A DNA stretch of 64,000 nt from Eledone cirrhosa (GCA_964016885.1 OZ024740.1:227602001-227666000); one strand, 5' to 3'. Counted from the stretch's first letter, positions 30,040 through 43,290 are shown. The notes: generated from the sequence alone by a model not told the origin. Numbers and translations are program-made.

Positions 30040-30230
30040 ATAATTGTTTCTACTTTTGGCACAAGGCCAGTAATTACCCAGTGCATTACTGGTACTTTAT
30101 TTTATCGACCCCGTATGGATGAAAGGCAAAGTCAACCTCGGCGGGATTTGAACTCAGATCGTAAAGGGACGTAACTATGCTGGAAAGCATGGCGTCCGAC
30201 CCTCTACCGATACTGCCAATCCACCACCTT
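30040..30230 (-). mobile_element. SINE family B, near-complete copy
   Basis: Minus strand reads ggtggtggattggcagtatcggtagag (A-box-like) ... gagttcaaatcccgcc (B box) ... gcctttcatcc..ggggtcgataaaataaagtaccagt. Confidence 0.85.
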
Positions 30231-30429
30231 TTGTGGATGTGTAATAATAATCGACAAGCAGCAGCCTGAAGAATACTGAACAGATAAGGGATATAGTATC
30301 TTATAAATTGACCTGTTCAAGTAGGAAACCAAATAGTAGCCAATATATGGTGTGTAATATTATTATTATGTAATTAATATGATATATGTGTGTGTGTATA
30401 TATATATATATATATAACTATTTCCTTAT

Positions 30430-30958
30430 AAATTTCCCCAACTAAGCATCAGTGATGTGATTTAAATGCAGAAGAATATTTACTGCAAGGCACAAATCCA
30501 GTTCAAGAGAACTACAATAAAAATAGCAAGTGGATTACAAATTTTTCTTTTCTTTTTTCTTCTTATTTCTTTATTTTATTTTATTTTTTTAATTTATTTT
30601 GATGAAAATCATTTCTGCCAGTTGTCTACATTTGGAGTTTTAATAAATATGTTTTAAAATCAATTAGAGAAAAAAAAAGGATCTAGGTACGGTGAATGAT
30701 ACAGAATAATGAACGTATTGATGAAGAAAGAATTTCATTAATTCTAACAGCAAGTTGTGGTGACATAAATATAAACAACAAATGCAAGAAATTTCCATCC
30801 AATTAGAGAGAAACTGAACAAATGAACAGAATTGAAAAAAAAAAAAAGTTAAACCAATACATATCAAATCAAATCAGAAGAATAAATAATGTCCATTGGT
30901 GTTTTTTTTCTTCACTTTGATAAAAATATAAACTGCTTGACCCGTGTCAATAGCTGCT

Positions 30959-30995
<37 letters not shown>

Positions 30996-31640
30996 TTCTC
31001 ATGAAATAATTAGGAAGAAGGGAAAAAAAGAAAAAAATACAACTAAATATGAAATAAAAATAAATAAATAAAAGAGAGAGAGAAAGAAAAAAAATGTCAA
31101 TATTTTTTTCATATTTCAAAATCAGAAAATAAATACAGTTATGAACCGACAGTACTTTCAACTGAAAATTTACTTCTTTTATTTGTTTGTTTGTCTTTGT
31201 TTACCTAGCTTTTGGTAGGGAAATACACAAAATAAATTTATTTTCATCTTAATGTATTGTTTTTTGTGTTTTTAAATTTGTCACAAGCTATCTCAGAATA
31301 TATGCACATCTAAATAGGAAGACAGAGATATATAGAGAGGGGGAGACATAGAGATATATAGAAAGAGAACAGTGGTGTGAATGTAAGTGAATTAATGTAT
31401 AATCTGTTTTTTTGTTTTTTTGTGTGTGTTTTTGTTTTGTTTTGTTTTGTTGTTTTTCACCCAGCCCCTGTCCCCATTCATAAACATGGGTAATTCAGAT
31501 TATATCACAGCAGAGTTCTGAAAAAATCAAAGCTTGACTCAACAAAAGAGATCTTTTTGTATAATTCCCAAGCCAAGTAGCTATTCACCATTAATCAGAC
31601 TTGCTGTCTAAAAATCAACAGATCTGTGCTAGGCAGTTAT
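30430..31640 (-). other. Probable JARID2 3' UTR; distal end uncertain
   Basis: Directly follows the stop codon; AU-rich and poor in transposons; several AATAAA on the minus strand near 30570-30600 and 31180. Confidence 0.5.
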
Positions 31641-31763
31641 TCAGCTTTTTGATTCTGGGCGTTTCACTGATTTTCGCTTCGGACTAGGATCAGTAATTGT
31701 ATGATTAGATTCCTTCAGGCATAACCGATTGGAAGCTATTTTCAGAAGTTCTTCGAGATTATC
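31641..31763 (-). CDS. JARID2: JARID2 terminal coding exon (DNLEELLKIASNRLCLKESNHTITDPSPKRKSVKRPESKS*)
   Basis: tttctatttcaag|GAT ... TGA; phase 0; L..LL helix then basic SPKRK tail, as expected after the zinc finger. Confidence 0.85.
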   Translation of the reverse strand, partial: DNLEELLKIASNRLCLKESNHTITDPSPKRKSVKRPESKS

Positions 31764-32068
31764 CTTGAAATAGAAAATTATAAAGAAAAAAAATATATAT
31801 AGTATGTGAATAAACATTTACATGAAGTTTAGAGAGTGTACTGGATGCTTTTTTTCCATGGCACCAGCACCAGTCTCTACGAGAGGTATTAGGACAAGTG
31901 CTACTGTTTAAACACAATTGCTCATAATATATATATATACAGTGAAATTCCATTATAACAAAATTCCTGGGGTATCAAAAAATGTAATGAAAAATTCTTT
32001 ATAACGAGATCGACCGAAATAAATCGAGCATTTGTTTGTTATTACACCAGGGATTGAAAAATATTTTG

Positions 32069-32415
32069 TTGCAAGGATGGGACAGGAACTGATTCTGGCT
32101 TCATTTCTACAACTGTGTTTAACCATTTTGAGTGCTGGGTGCTTTTTTTGCCGTGGCACACTCCATGACCACTTTGCAGTCGAATGATATGGACCCCAGT
32201 CCTATCATCTCATTTCTCCAGTTTACTCAACTGTAGAAATGAGATGATAGGACTGGGGTCCATATCATTCCACTGCAAAGTGGTCATGGAGTGTGCCACA
32301 GCAAAAAAGCACCCAGCACTCAAAAGGGTTAAATACAGCTGTAGAAATCAAGCCAGAATCAGTTCCTGTCCCATCCTTGCAAGCAGGGAAAACCGGACGT
32401 AAAATGATGATGATG

Positions 32416-32417
<2 letters not shown>
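32069..32417. mobile_element. Foldback (inverted duplication) of a 5'-truncated SINE family A copy
   Basis: Arms ~32069-32221 and ~32231-32382 are reverse complements. Confidence 0.9.
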
Positions 32418-32510
<93 letters not shown>

Positions 32511-32511
32511 T

Positions 32512-32689
32512 ATATTTGAAAAAAGGAAAAGAGTGATTTCACTTGTAGTTCTAAACAATTTGATTTAATTTTATATTATAATTTTACAATTTAGTTTTGT
32601 AGATCTACAAATTGTAAAATTATAATATAAAATTAAATCAAATTGTTTAGAACTCCAAGTAAAGGAATTCTTTTCCTTTTTTCAAATAT
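32512..32689. repeat. AT-rich near-perfect palindrome (foldback)
   Basis: atatttgaaaaaaggaaaaga...tgtagatctaca...tcttttccttttttcaaatat. Confidence 0.9.
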
Positions 32690-32736
32690 ACCAAACTGTA
32701 CCAAGGATTTCACACATTTTCCAATATATATATATA

Positions 32737-32770
<34 letters not shown>

Positions 32771-32825
32771 AGCTGAGGACCACAAATCATAGTACTCGAT
32801 GCATGGAGGGATACAGTGACTATAT

Positions 32826-32861
<36 letters not shown>

Positions 32862-32865
32862 GTAG

Positions 32866-33049
32866 ATTCCCCGAGTTGTGTCGCTGGGTAACCACTGTTA
32901 AAAAGGGTACTCAATACATTGGTAGAGTATAGGCATCTTCATTATATATATAGAAATGACTTCTACAGGTCTAGAATTGTTTCATTCATATGAAATCATC
33001 AGGAATGATGATTTTATACAAACGAAACAGTACTGGCCCTGCAGAAGTC

Positions 33050-33056
<7 letters not shown>
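32866..33056. mobile_element. Repeat family H2 (ggtaaccac..gtactcaatac..agagtat) with two back-to-back hammerhead-like motifs
   Basis: Shared with 11486-11575, 58288-58980 and 62478-62615. Confidence 0.7.
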
Positions 33057-33091
<35 letters not shown>

Positions 33092-33199
33092 ACAGACCTC
33101 ATTCATTTAACAAGTGGGGTGGAGTTCGTCAAACAAGATGAGGAAACAATATTTTCATTGGTCTTTCCAATTGCTAATACTATCTGTAGGTCGCAAATC

Positions 33200-33975
33200 T
33201 AGGCAGAAGGACCAGCATCTCTCCATTCGTCACAGTCCTTCATCATCTCCTCCGAGAGCTTCAGCGATCTGAGGTCAGCTCTCACCACCTCTGCCCATGA
33301 TTTTTATGGTCTTCCTCTACTGCGTCTTCCTTCTACTGGAATTTTGTGGCACTTCTTTACCCAGCGTTCATCCTCCATGCACATCACATGTCCATACCAA
33401 TGCAGTCTTCTTTCCCGCACACTACAGCTTATCCCTCTTATAGACAGTTTCTCTCTCAACTCGTCTATGCTTGGTTGTTCACGCACATTGTGCATCCAAC
33501 GGAGCATGCTTGCTTCATTTCTCTCCAGTTGTCGCATATCCTCCGCAGTTGCTGCCCATGTCTCACTACCATGCAGCATCGCGCATCTCACACAGGCATC
33601 ATATAACCGGCCCTTTGTTCGTAGGAAGAAACCCTTCTTTGTCAACAGAGGAAGCAGCTCCCTAAACTTTTTCCAACCCATCCTTATTCTAGATACTATG
33701 GCTTCGGAGCACTCTTCTCCCTTGCTAATCTGATCACCTAGGTATCAGAAGCTATCAACCACCTCTATAGATCCTACCTGCATTTGAAAAATGTGTCTAT
33801 CACTGCAATTACTACTGTCAAATTTCCCTGTACATCTACTGCATACGTAGTTTTCCCTACCTGTTAGTTTGCCTGCTATCCCACTACATCTCATGTACCC
33901 AAGATCTGCATTGTGTACATTCTATAGAATTTATGCCAACTCCTTTTCTACATATCGAACATGGCCATTTCTCTA
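33200..33975 (-). mobile_element. RTE-clade LINE fragment (RT C-terminal region, pseudogenised)
   Basis: WPCSICRKGVGINSI.C..C Cys cluster, VDSF*YLGDQI, GWKKFRELLPLL..KGRLYDACVR.AMLHGSETW..RLHWYGHV..RGRP*KSW. Confidence 0.92.
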
Positions 33976-34270
33976 CTTCTATATATATAAACATTTAAAA
34001 CCTACTGATAAATGTATACCATCTTTTAAAGCATCTTGGGGATTTTGACATTGAACAATTTCTAATGGAGATTTCATTATTCACACTCTTTTAGTTGTAG
34101 AGTTCAAACATTTTGACAAGCATTTATTCATGTCACCTTCACTAAAAATAAATTCCTCATGAGTCCATAATTTTCTCTCACATAAGGAAAAATAAATATA
34201 GAGTGGAGAGAAAGGGTGGTGATAAACTATAGAAAAAAACATATAATTAATTAAGAGGTTAAAAACTTAC

Positions 34271-34378
34271 ATCAGAAAATCTGTAGTAAAGCTTACAGGC
34301 TTTCAGGTTCCGCTTCTTTTGGATGTGAGCAAGTGCATGATCCAGGCAATACAAACTTTCATCTACTTCATTCACAAC
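34271..34378 (-). CDS. JARID2: JARID2 exon (VVNEVDESLYCLDHALAHIQKKRNLKACKLYYRFSD), zinc finger end
   Basis: aattag|GTT...GAT|gtaagt; 108 nt, phase 0/0; CL.H and KL.YR motifs. Confidence 0.94.
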
Positions 34379-34947
34379 CTAATTATTAACAAATATAGAT
34401 ATGGCTGATTAGAACAAGGTAACAATAACAGTAATCTGTAAGTAAAGATAGTAAATAAAAAGATTTGAAATAGTAAGGTTCTGTATCAGCAAAAATTAAA
34501 TTGGACAGATTTTATGAGCAAAGCCAACTGGCAAGAGACTCAGGGAAAGAACTCGAGCAAGATAGTTGCATAATATCGATGAGCTCAGCTGGCCTTGCTT
34601 GGGGATCATGCCAGATCAATTAGAGATGGTTGCTTCTCTCAGGACCCGTTGAAAGGCATACATGAGGACACTATCCCCGTGAATAAGTGGGCAAAGAAGA
34701 AAAGTAAAATGTTGGGAACTGGCAAAAAATTATGATTCTCTGAAGAAGTCTAATAACTCTGAAACATATCCATAGTTGCCACCATACTAGGCAAAGATTA
34801 GATTCACTCCCCATTGTGTGTGTCCATTCAATTTTAAATTAATCTGGGCTTCAGAGTTCTCTCTCTTGCTTTTCTTCACCAGAATTAATAATTAAGATAG
34901 ACTCATTACATTATGTTATCCCCACACTTTTTTCTAATTGTTTAGTC

Positions 34948-35190
34948 AGAATGAAGAGCAATACCTATAAACTCTTTTTCATGGCCTCTAAACCTGGTAG
35001 GAAAGAAGGAGGAAGGTATTCTCAAACTGGAGATCTGGTCCAAATGCTTCCAACAGAATGGGTTCTGAAAAAGGCAGCCAAGTAGGGTCGGTAGCGATTA
35101 GTCTGGTTAACAAACCAGACTAATGAAATCTAACACCCAGGTAGACCATGGTAAAATTTGATCTCTGTCTCTCACAGTGATGGTGCCACG
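34948..35190. repeat. ~240-bp direct repeat, copy 1 (copy 2 at 36718-36948)
   Basis: gaagagcaat.cctataaactctttttcatggcctctaaacctggtagg... is near-identical in both copies. Confidence 0.9.
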
Positions 35191-35519
35191 AGAATATATA
35201 TATCTCTGCTTGGTTGATAAATTACAATTATATGCAGGAAAAGAATCATGCTGTTATTAAATCAGTTGTTCCAAAAATTCAATCATAGACTGTCCTCCAA
35301 CATTCTATCCAAGCAAAGTATATCGTCTAATGCTCTAACAATTACATCAAACCATTGCCTTGGGCTGGTACTTTATTTTATTGACTTCAAAAGGATGAAA
35401 AACAAAGTTAACCATAGCTGGATTAGATTTCAGAAAGCTGACACAAATATAACAAGACATTTTGTCTTTTGCATTCCTAACTCTTCAATTTTGCTGCTTA
35501 ATTAATCCAAAATCCAAGG

Positions 35520-35690
35520 TCTTCCCACTCCTGTTTGAGGAACCCCTCCCAAGTTGACTTCTACTGCTTCCTATCTCTGGTCATATTGAGCCATGTAGGG
35601 CCAAGGTATTGAGTCAAATCATTGTGCTATCTGGCCTATGGCTACCCTCTGGTTCTTCTCCACTGTATTGGTGTCCACTCTGTCACTAAT
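35520..35690 (-). mobile_element. RTE-type LINE 3' end relic (different family)
   Basis: VTEWTPIQWRRTRG*P*AR*HNDLTQYLGPTWLNMTRDRKQ*KSTWEGFLKQEW. Confidence 0.7.
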
Positions 35691-35944
35691 AATTCACCTG
35701 CTTAATTAAAAGGAGTGAAAAAAAAATGTAGCAGCAAGTATTTTAAGGTTATTTTTCTCTGATAAAGCAAGGGTTAGGCTTGCAGGCCCTATGAAATGCT
35801 TCATGCTCATCATCTGGTCCTTTTTGAAGCAATGTTTTATTATGAGATGCCCTTCTTGATGCCAACACTCATAATCACCTAAAAATAAAATATAGACTAG
35901 GAAAACTCAATAACAATCACAAGGTAACAAGGAAGAAATCCTAC

Positions 35945-36116
35945 CATAGAAAAGTAGCAAATCCTTTTGTAGACTTCACACCTATTTTCATTGCTTCCAT
36001 CATTGGCACGCTTACGTTTGAAAGAAGATGACACTAAAGGTTCATGGGCATTCATTCGTGTAGTATTCTTAAGACCAGCATCATACAGCTGTTTCCTCAA
36101 TGACAGTTCATGTTCT
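35945..36116 (-). CDS. JARID2: JARID2 exon (EHELSLRKQLYDAGLKNTTRMNAHEPLVSSSFKRKRANDGSNENRCEVYKRICYFSM), start of zinc finger
   Basis: taccag|A...ATG|gtagga; 172 nt, phase 2/0; matches EL..R.QL..AGL and RC..x..CY.SM. Confidence 0.94.
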
Positions 36117-36442
36117 CTGGTAATATAATACATATATATTCTATATAATTCTGTATAAGTCACACCATTAGATAAATCACATCCCTATTTTACACACAAT
36201 ATTTTTCGCTCAGTAATTAATTCTTGTCGGAAGAGAATTCGGGATCCACCAATGTCACTTTTTTCCAATGACAATCGTGAACATACATCATATAAATGAG
36301 CATTGGTGAAATTGTCCATGGTACCTGGACCCTCAACAATAAGGATGGGAAGAGACCAGACTTAATTCACATATAAAGTTTTAACGGTCAAGTAGATAAG
36401 CTGTCTACTGCATTTTACATTTTTATTTACATTTTACATTTT

Positions 36443-36613
36443 TATACTCGAATATAAAACAACCCCATTATTTTATGTCTGAGAAATGGACAAAAATCCA
36501 AACCATATTTATAAGTCAGGTTAGCTAATTAACACATGATGGTTGATGGTAAATATAAGCAGACTTTCCATTTTACCATTGATTTTTGGTCACATATTCG
36601 AGTATATACAGTA
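36443..36613. mobile_element. Tc1/mariner-pogo-like MITE (tactcgaatataa...atattcgagtatatacagta)
   Basis: TIR-like ends; related copies at 55721-55920 and 56586-57045. Confidence 0.65.
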
Positions 36614-36717
36614 TTTCAATTTTTTTTTGTTTTTGCTAAACAATATTTCTATAGCTAAGACTCCTTCACAGCAATGGAAAAAAATTAGTGCAGCTATTTT
36701 TTTTTAATTGCTTAGAC

Positions 36718-36948
36718 AGAAAGAAGAGCAATGCCTATAAACTCTTTTTCATGGCCTCTAAACCTGGTAGGAAAGAAGGAGGAAGGTATTCTCAAACTGG
36801 AGATCTTGTCCAAATGCTTCCAACAGAATGGGTTTTGAAAAAAGCAGCCAAGTGACAGGTAGTGATGTTAAACCAGACTAATTAAGTCTAATACCCAGGT
36901 AGGCCTTGGTAAAATTTGGTCTCTGTCTCTCACAGTGCTAGTGCCACA
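36718..36948. repeat. ~240-bp direct repeat, copy 2
   Basis: See 34948-35190. Confidence 0.9.
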
Positions 36949-37404
36949 TCAAAAAAGCAGTCCATCCTGTAAGGTGGTCATACTTGTACTACAGCAACAA
37001 CAAAAAAAAAGCATCTAGTCCACTCTGTAAAGTGATAGTTAAGGTGCCATAACAAAAAACACTCAGTTCAACCTGTAAGGTGGTCATGCTGGTACCACGT
37101 TAGGAAGGATATCCAACTGTAGAAAACCAAGCCAAAAACAGGTCTGTATGAGCATGATGTAGGTTACCTGACCTGGCTAGCCTTATAACATGACAACTTG
37201 TCTAACCCATGTAAACTTGGAAAATGGGCATTAAATAGTGATAATGGTGATGGTAATGGTGGAGATGGTGATGGCAATGGTGTAGGTGATGGTGGTGGCA
37301 GTGATGATGATGAATGCGAAGAGTAAAGAAATATCACAAGGCATCCTATCAAACCCTTTTTATAATCCCGTTAACCACTGCTTTAATCTGATAATTTACT
37401 TAGT

Positions 37405-37790
37405 GAGGTGCATGGCTCAGTGGTTAGAGCATTGGGCTTGCAATCGAAAGGTTGTGAGTTCAATTCTCAGACCGGGTGATGTGTTGTTTCCTTGAGCAAG
37501 ACACTTTATTTCACATTGCTCCAGTTTACTCAGCTGTAAAACTGAGATGATAGGGACTGGGGTCCATATTATTCCACTGCAAAGTGGTCGTGGAGGTGCC
37601 ACGGCAAAAAAGCACCCAGCACTCACTGTAAATGAGGTTGGCGTTAGGAAGGGTATCCAGCTGTAGAAATCAAGCCAGAATCAGTTCCCGTATGAGCAAG
37701 ACAAGGTCAGCCGACCGGACACTGCCCACACCAGGACAACTCGTCCCACCCTTGCAAGCAGGGAAAAGCGGGTGTAAAATGCTGATAGTG
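37405..37790 (+). mobile_element. tRNA-derived CORE-like SINE family A, full length
   Basis: A box tggctcagtgg, B box gttcaattc, CORE-like ccttgagcaagacactt, 3' tail gcaagcagggaaaagcgg..gtaaaatg. Confidence 0.92.
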
Positions 37791-37975
37791 ACTGTGGAAG
37801 GATGAAAGGGAAGATCGACTCCGGTATAATTTGAACTCAAGAGATAGAATAAATACTAAACAACATTCTATTTGATACCCTGACTTTCTGCCAATTCAAT
37901 ACCAATGAACCTAAACTTAATTACTTAATTGTTCACATAGTTAGGTCAGAGCATCTATCTTGCATATATATATAT

Positions 37976-38474
<499 letters not shown>

Positions 38475-38799
38475 GTTTTAACAACTGTGAGAAAGTGTCT
38501 AACTATAGGAAAAGCTGTTTTTCATGTTTTTTATCTTATTTCAGAATTTTTCAAACTTATAAAATGTTGCAACCAGGAGATAGTATCAGCAATCGGAAAG
38601 ACCAATGAAAACATTGTTTCCTTGGTCTGATCTGACAAGTTCCACCCCAGTCAGTAAGTGAATGAGGTTCGGGGTCTAGTTGTTCATTCCTGGATCTGGT
38701 TATTACGCAATGTTAGACTTTGAGAAGGTTTTTCTAAAGGTTTGAAAACTTAAATTATTGACTACAGGCAAAGACATACATGTATACACATAGAGAAAC

Positions 38800-40370
38800 T
38801 GCTACTCATTACACAGGGACACAACTACACACAGTGACATTACACAGGGACACAACTACACACAGTGACATTACACAGGGACACAACTACACACAGTGAC
38901 ATTACACAGTGACATTACACAGCTCTACACAATGACATTACACAGTGATACAACTACACACATTGACATTACACGGACACAACTACACACTGACATTACA
39001 CAGTGACACAACTATACACTGATTTTACAGTGACACAACTACAGTGACAACGACACAGTGAAATTACAGTGGCACAACTACACACAGTGTCATTACACAG
39101 TGGTACAACTACACACAGTGACATTACACGGACACAACTACACACTGACATTACACAGTGACACAACTATACACTGATTTTACAGTGACACAACTACAGT
39201 GACAACGACACAGTGAAATTACAGTGGCACAACTACACACAGTGTCATTACACAGTGGTACAACTACACATAGTGACATTACACAGAGACACAGCTCTAC
39301 ACAATGACATTACACAGTGGCACAACTACACACAGTGACATTACACAGCGACACAGCTACACAGTGACACAACTATACACTGATTTTACAGTGACAACTA
39401 CACACAGTGACATTACACAGGGACACAGCTCTACACAATGACATTAGACAGGGACAGCTACACACAGTGACACAACTACACACAGTGACATTACACAGTG
39501 ACAACTACACACAGTAACATTACAGTGACACAACTACACACAGTGACATTACACAGGGACAGCTACACACAGTAACATTACAGTGACACAACTACACACA
39601 GTGACATTACAGAGTGACACAACTACACAGTGACATTACACAGGAACACAACTACACAGTGACATTACACAGGGACACAACTACACAGTGACATTACACA
39701 GGGACACAGCTACAGTGACATTACACAGGGACACAACTACACACAGTAACATTACACAGGGACAGCTACACACAGTAACATTACACAGTGACACAGCTCT
39801 ACACAATGACATTACACAGGGACAGCTACACACAGTAACATTACAGTGGCACAACTACACACAGTGACATTACACAGGGACACAGCTACAGTGACATTAC
39901 ACAGGGACACAACTACACACAGTAACATTACACAGGGACAGCTACACACAGTAACATTACACAGTGACACAGCTCTACACAATGACATTACACAGGGACA
40001 GCTACACACAGTAACATTACAGTGACACAACTACACACAGTGACATTACAGAGTGACACAACTACACAGTGACATTACACAGGAACACAACTACTCAGTG
40101 ACATTACACAGTGACACAACTACACAGTGACATTACACAGGGACACAGCTACAGTGACATTACACAGGGACACAACTACACACAGTAACATTACACAGGG
40201 ACAGCTGCACACAGTAACATTACACAGTGACACAGCTCTACACACAGTAACATTACACAGGGACAGCTACACACAGTAACATTACAGTGACACAACTACA
40301 CACAGTGACATTACAGAGTGACACAACTACACAGTGACATTACACAGGAACACAACTACACACAAAATAG
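38800..40370. repeat. Modular CA-rich minisatellite (acacagtgacatt / acacagggacacaact / acagct modules, ~28-bp dimer)
   Basis: Direct reading; larger blocks are re-duplicated. Confidence 0.95.
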
Positions 40371-40473
40371 ACACACAGGTACGCACAATGACAACTATAC
40401 ACTACACACCCAACTATATAATGTTAAGCATATCAGGTTGTGTTTGTGATAAACTGATATTTGTGGTACTTAC

Positions 40474-40604
40474 ATGGCTTTTATTAAAAATGGAATGGCT
40501 TGCATTAACAATTCCTCACTGACAGCAGGTTCTGTTTTCACCATATGGCGGAGCAAAGAATCCAAAGAAAACATTTCTGGCCACAAACAATTCTTTCGTA
40601 AAAC
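40474..40604 (-). CDS. JARID2: JARID2 exon (VLRKNCLWPEMFSLDSLLRHMVKTEPAVSEELLMQAIPFLIKA)
   Basis: cttag|GTT...AT|gtaagt; 131 nt, phase 0/2 fits both neighbours; FSL..LL motif after JmjC. Confidence 0.9.
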
Positions 40605-40637
40605 CTAAGTAGAAAGGAATATTCATGAGTACAAGCC

Positions 40638-40743
40638 TTATATATATATATATATATATATACATACAAACATATATATAATATATATATATATATATAC
40701 ATACAAACATATATATAATATATATATATATATACATACAAAC

Positions 40744-40777
<34 letters not shown>

Positions 40778-40951
40778 CATACAAACATATATATAATATA
40801 TATATATATACATACAAACATATATATAATATATATATATATACATACAAACATATATATAATATATATATATATACATACAAACATATATATAATATAT
40901 ATATATATACATACAAACATATATATAATATATATATATATACATACAAAC

Positions 40952-40985
<34 letters not shown>

Positions 40986-42368
40986 CATACATACATACAT
41001 ACATACATATAATATATATATATATATACATACAAACATATATAATATATATATATATATACATACAAACATATATATAATATATATATATATACATACA
41101 AACATATATATAATATATATATATATATATACATACATACAAACATATATATATATATATATATACATACAAACATATATATAATATATATATATATATA
41201 CATACAAACATATATATAATATATATATATACATACAAACATATATATAATATATATATATACATACAAACATATATATAATATATATATATACATACAA
41301 ACATATATATAATATATATATATATATACATACAAACATATATATAATATATATATATATATACATACAAACATATATATAATATATATATATATACATA
41401 CAAACATATATATAATATATATATATATATACATACAAACATATATATAATATATATATATATATACATACAAACATATATATAATATATATATATATAC
41501 ATACAAACATATATATAATATATATATATATATACATACAAACATATATATAATATATATATATATACATACAAACATATATATAATATATATATATATA
41601 CATACAAACATATATATAATATATATATATATACATACAAACATATATATAATATATATATATATACATACAAACATATATATAATATATATATATATAC
41701 ATACATACAAACATATATATAATATATATATATACATACAAACATATATATATATATACATATATACATACAAACATATATATAATATATATATATACAT
41801 ACAAACATATATATATATATACATACAAACATATATATAATATATATATATATACATACAAACATATATATAATATATATATATATACATACAAACATAT
41901 ATATAATATATATATATATATACATACAAACATATATATAATATATATATATATACATACAAACATATATATAATATATATATATATACATACAAACATA
42001 TATATAATATATATATATATATATACATACAAACATATATATAATATATATATATATATACATACAAACATATATATAATATATATATATATATACATAC
42101 AAACATATATATAATATATATATATATATATATACATACAAACATATATATAATATATATATATATATACATACAAACATATATATAATATATATATATA
42201 CATACAAACATATATATAATATATATATATATATACATACAAAAATATATATAATATATATATATATATATATACATACAAACATATATATAATATATAT
42301 ATATATATATACATACAAACATATATATAATATATATATATATATACATACAAACATATATATATATA
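40638..42368. repeat. (TA)n-derived minisatellite, ~28-36 bp unit (catacaaacatatatataa(ta)n)
   Basis: Fixed anchor catacaaacat with a variable TA tract; source of the three ~600-aa spurious ORFs. Confidence 0.97.
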
Positions 42369-42669
42369 CAATATATTAACAAATGAAAACTATATTTATA
42401 AAACCATATTTATTTTATTATACATATTTCAAGGGCCACCAAGGCAAATTATGGTGCGCTTTTATCAGATAAAATACAATACAGATTAGTTTTATAAATA
42501 AATATTGACATACCCTGAAAAAAGACAACCTTAACGGTTGGAGCTTCCTGGATAGTGGAGATATTACATTTATTGAGGGTGATAGAAAGTTATGATTGAG
42601 TATGCAAATGAGTGTCCGAAAGGTTTAAAAGATAACGGTTTATTTAAATTAAACTCATTAAGTATTAAA

Positions 42670-43290
42670 ACTCCTATTGCAAAATTATTCTTTAAAATTA
42701 TTTTTAAAGCTCTAGATAAATGCTTTCCTAGAACACATAGTATTACTCAATATTTAATAGACATATTCCACCACTATCAGTTTAGCGCAGAATATTAATA
42801 GAATTAATAATAGAAACTTAAAACCTAACCAGAATACCATTAATACCCCTAGCAATATCCAATATAATGGTACGGCTCCCAGTAATTTAAATTTAGATAA
42901 ATGTAACTAGAAATAAATCTAACTGTCCTCTAAATAATAATTGTTTAGTTAAAAATATAGTATACAATTGTAATGGAAAAACTAATGTAAACTCCTTTAA
43001 TTATGTAGGCTCTACCTCCACAGACTTTAAGTCCCATTTTAATAACCACAAATGTTCTTTTACGAATATTAGTAAAAAATCAACTTCTCTATCTAACTTA
43101 CTATAGGACCTGAAATCAAAGAACATTAACTATTCTTTACTTTGGAATATTATCTCCAAAGCTCCTTCATACACTGCTTTATCCGAAAATTGCGCTCTTT
43201 GTGCCAAAGAAATATTCTTTATATTAAAAAGTAAGAACTCTATTAATTTAAGGAATAATTTATTTAGTTCTTGCAAACATCGGTTAAATT
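42670..43290 (+). pseudogene. Penelope-type RT-thumb and GIY-YIG endonuclease relic
   Basis: CPLNNNCLVKNIVYNC..NYVGSTSTDFKSHFNNHKCSF..STSLS..WNIISKAPSY..CALCAKEIFFILK..SSCKHR, with stops and frameshifts. Confidence 0.88.

Noticed and set aside
37405-37476. tRNA gene (also at 53877 and the other SINE heads)
   Set aside because: A and B boxes belong to SINE heads that continue into the SINE body; no complete cloverleaf.
40516-42382. Three ORFs of 577-614 aa
   Set aside because: Translations of a TA-rich minisatellite in all three frames; only 40474-40604 is a real exon.
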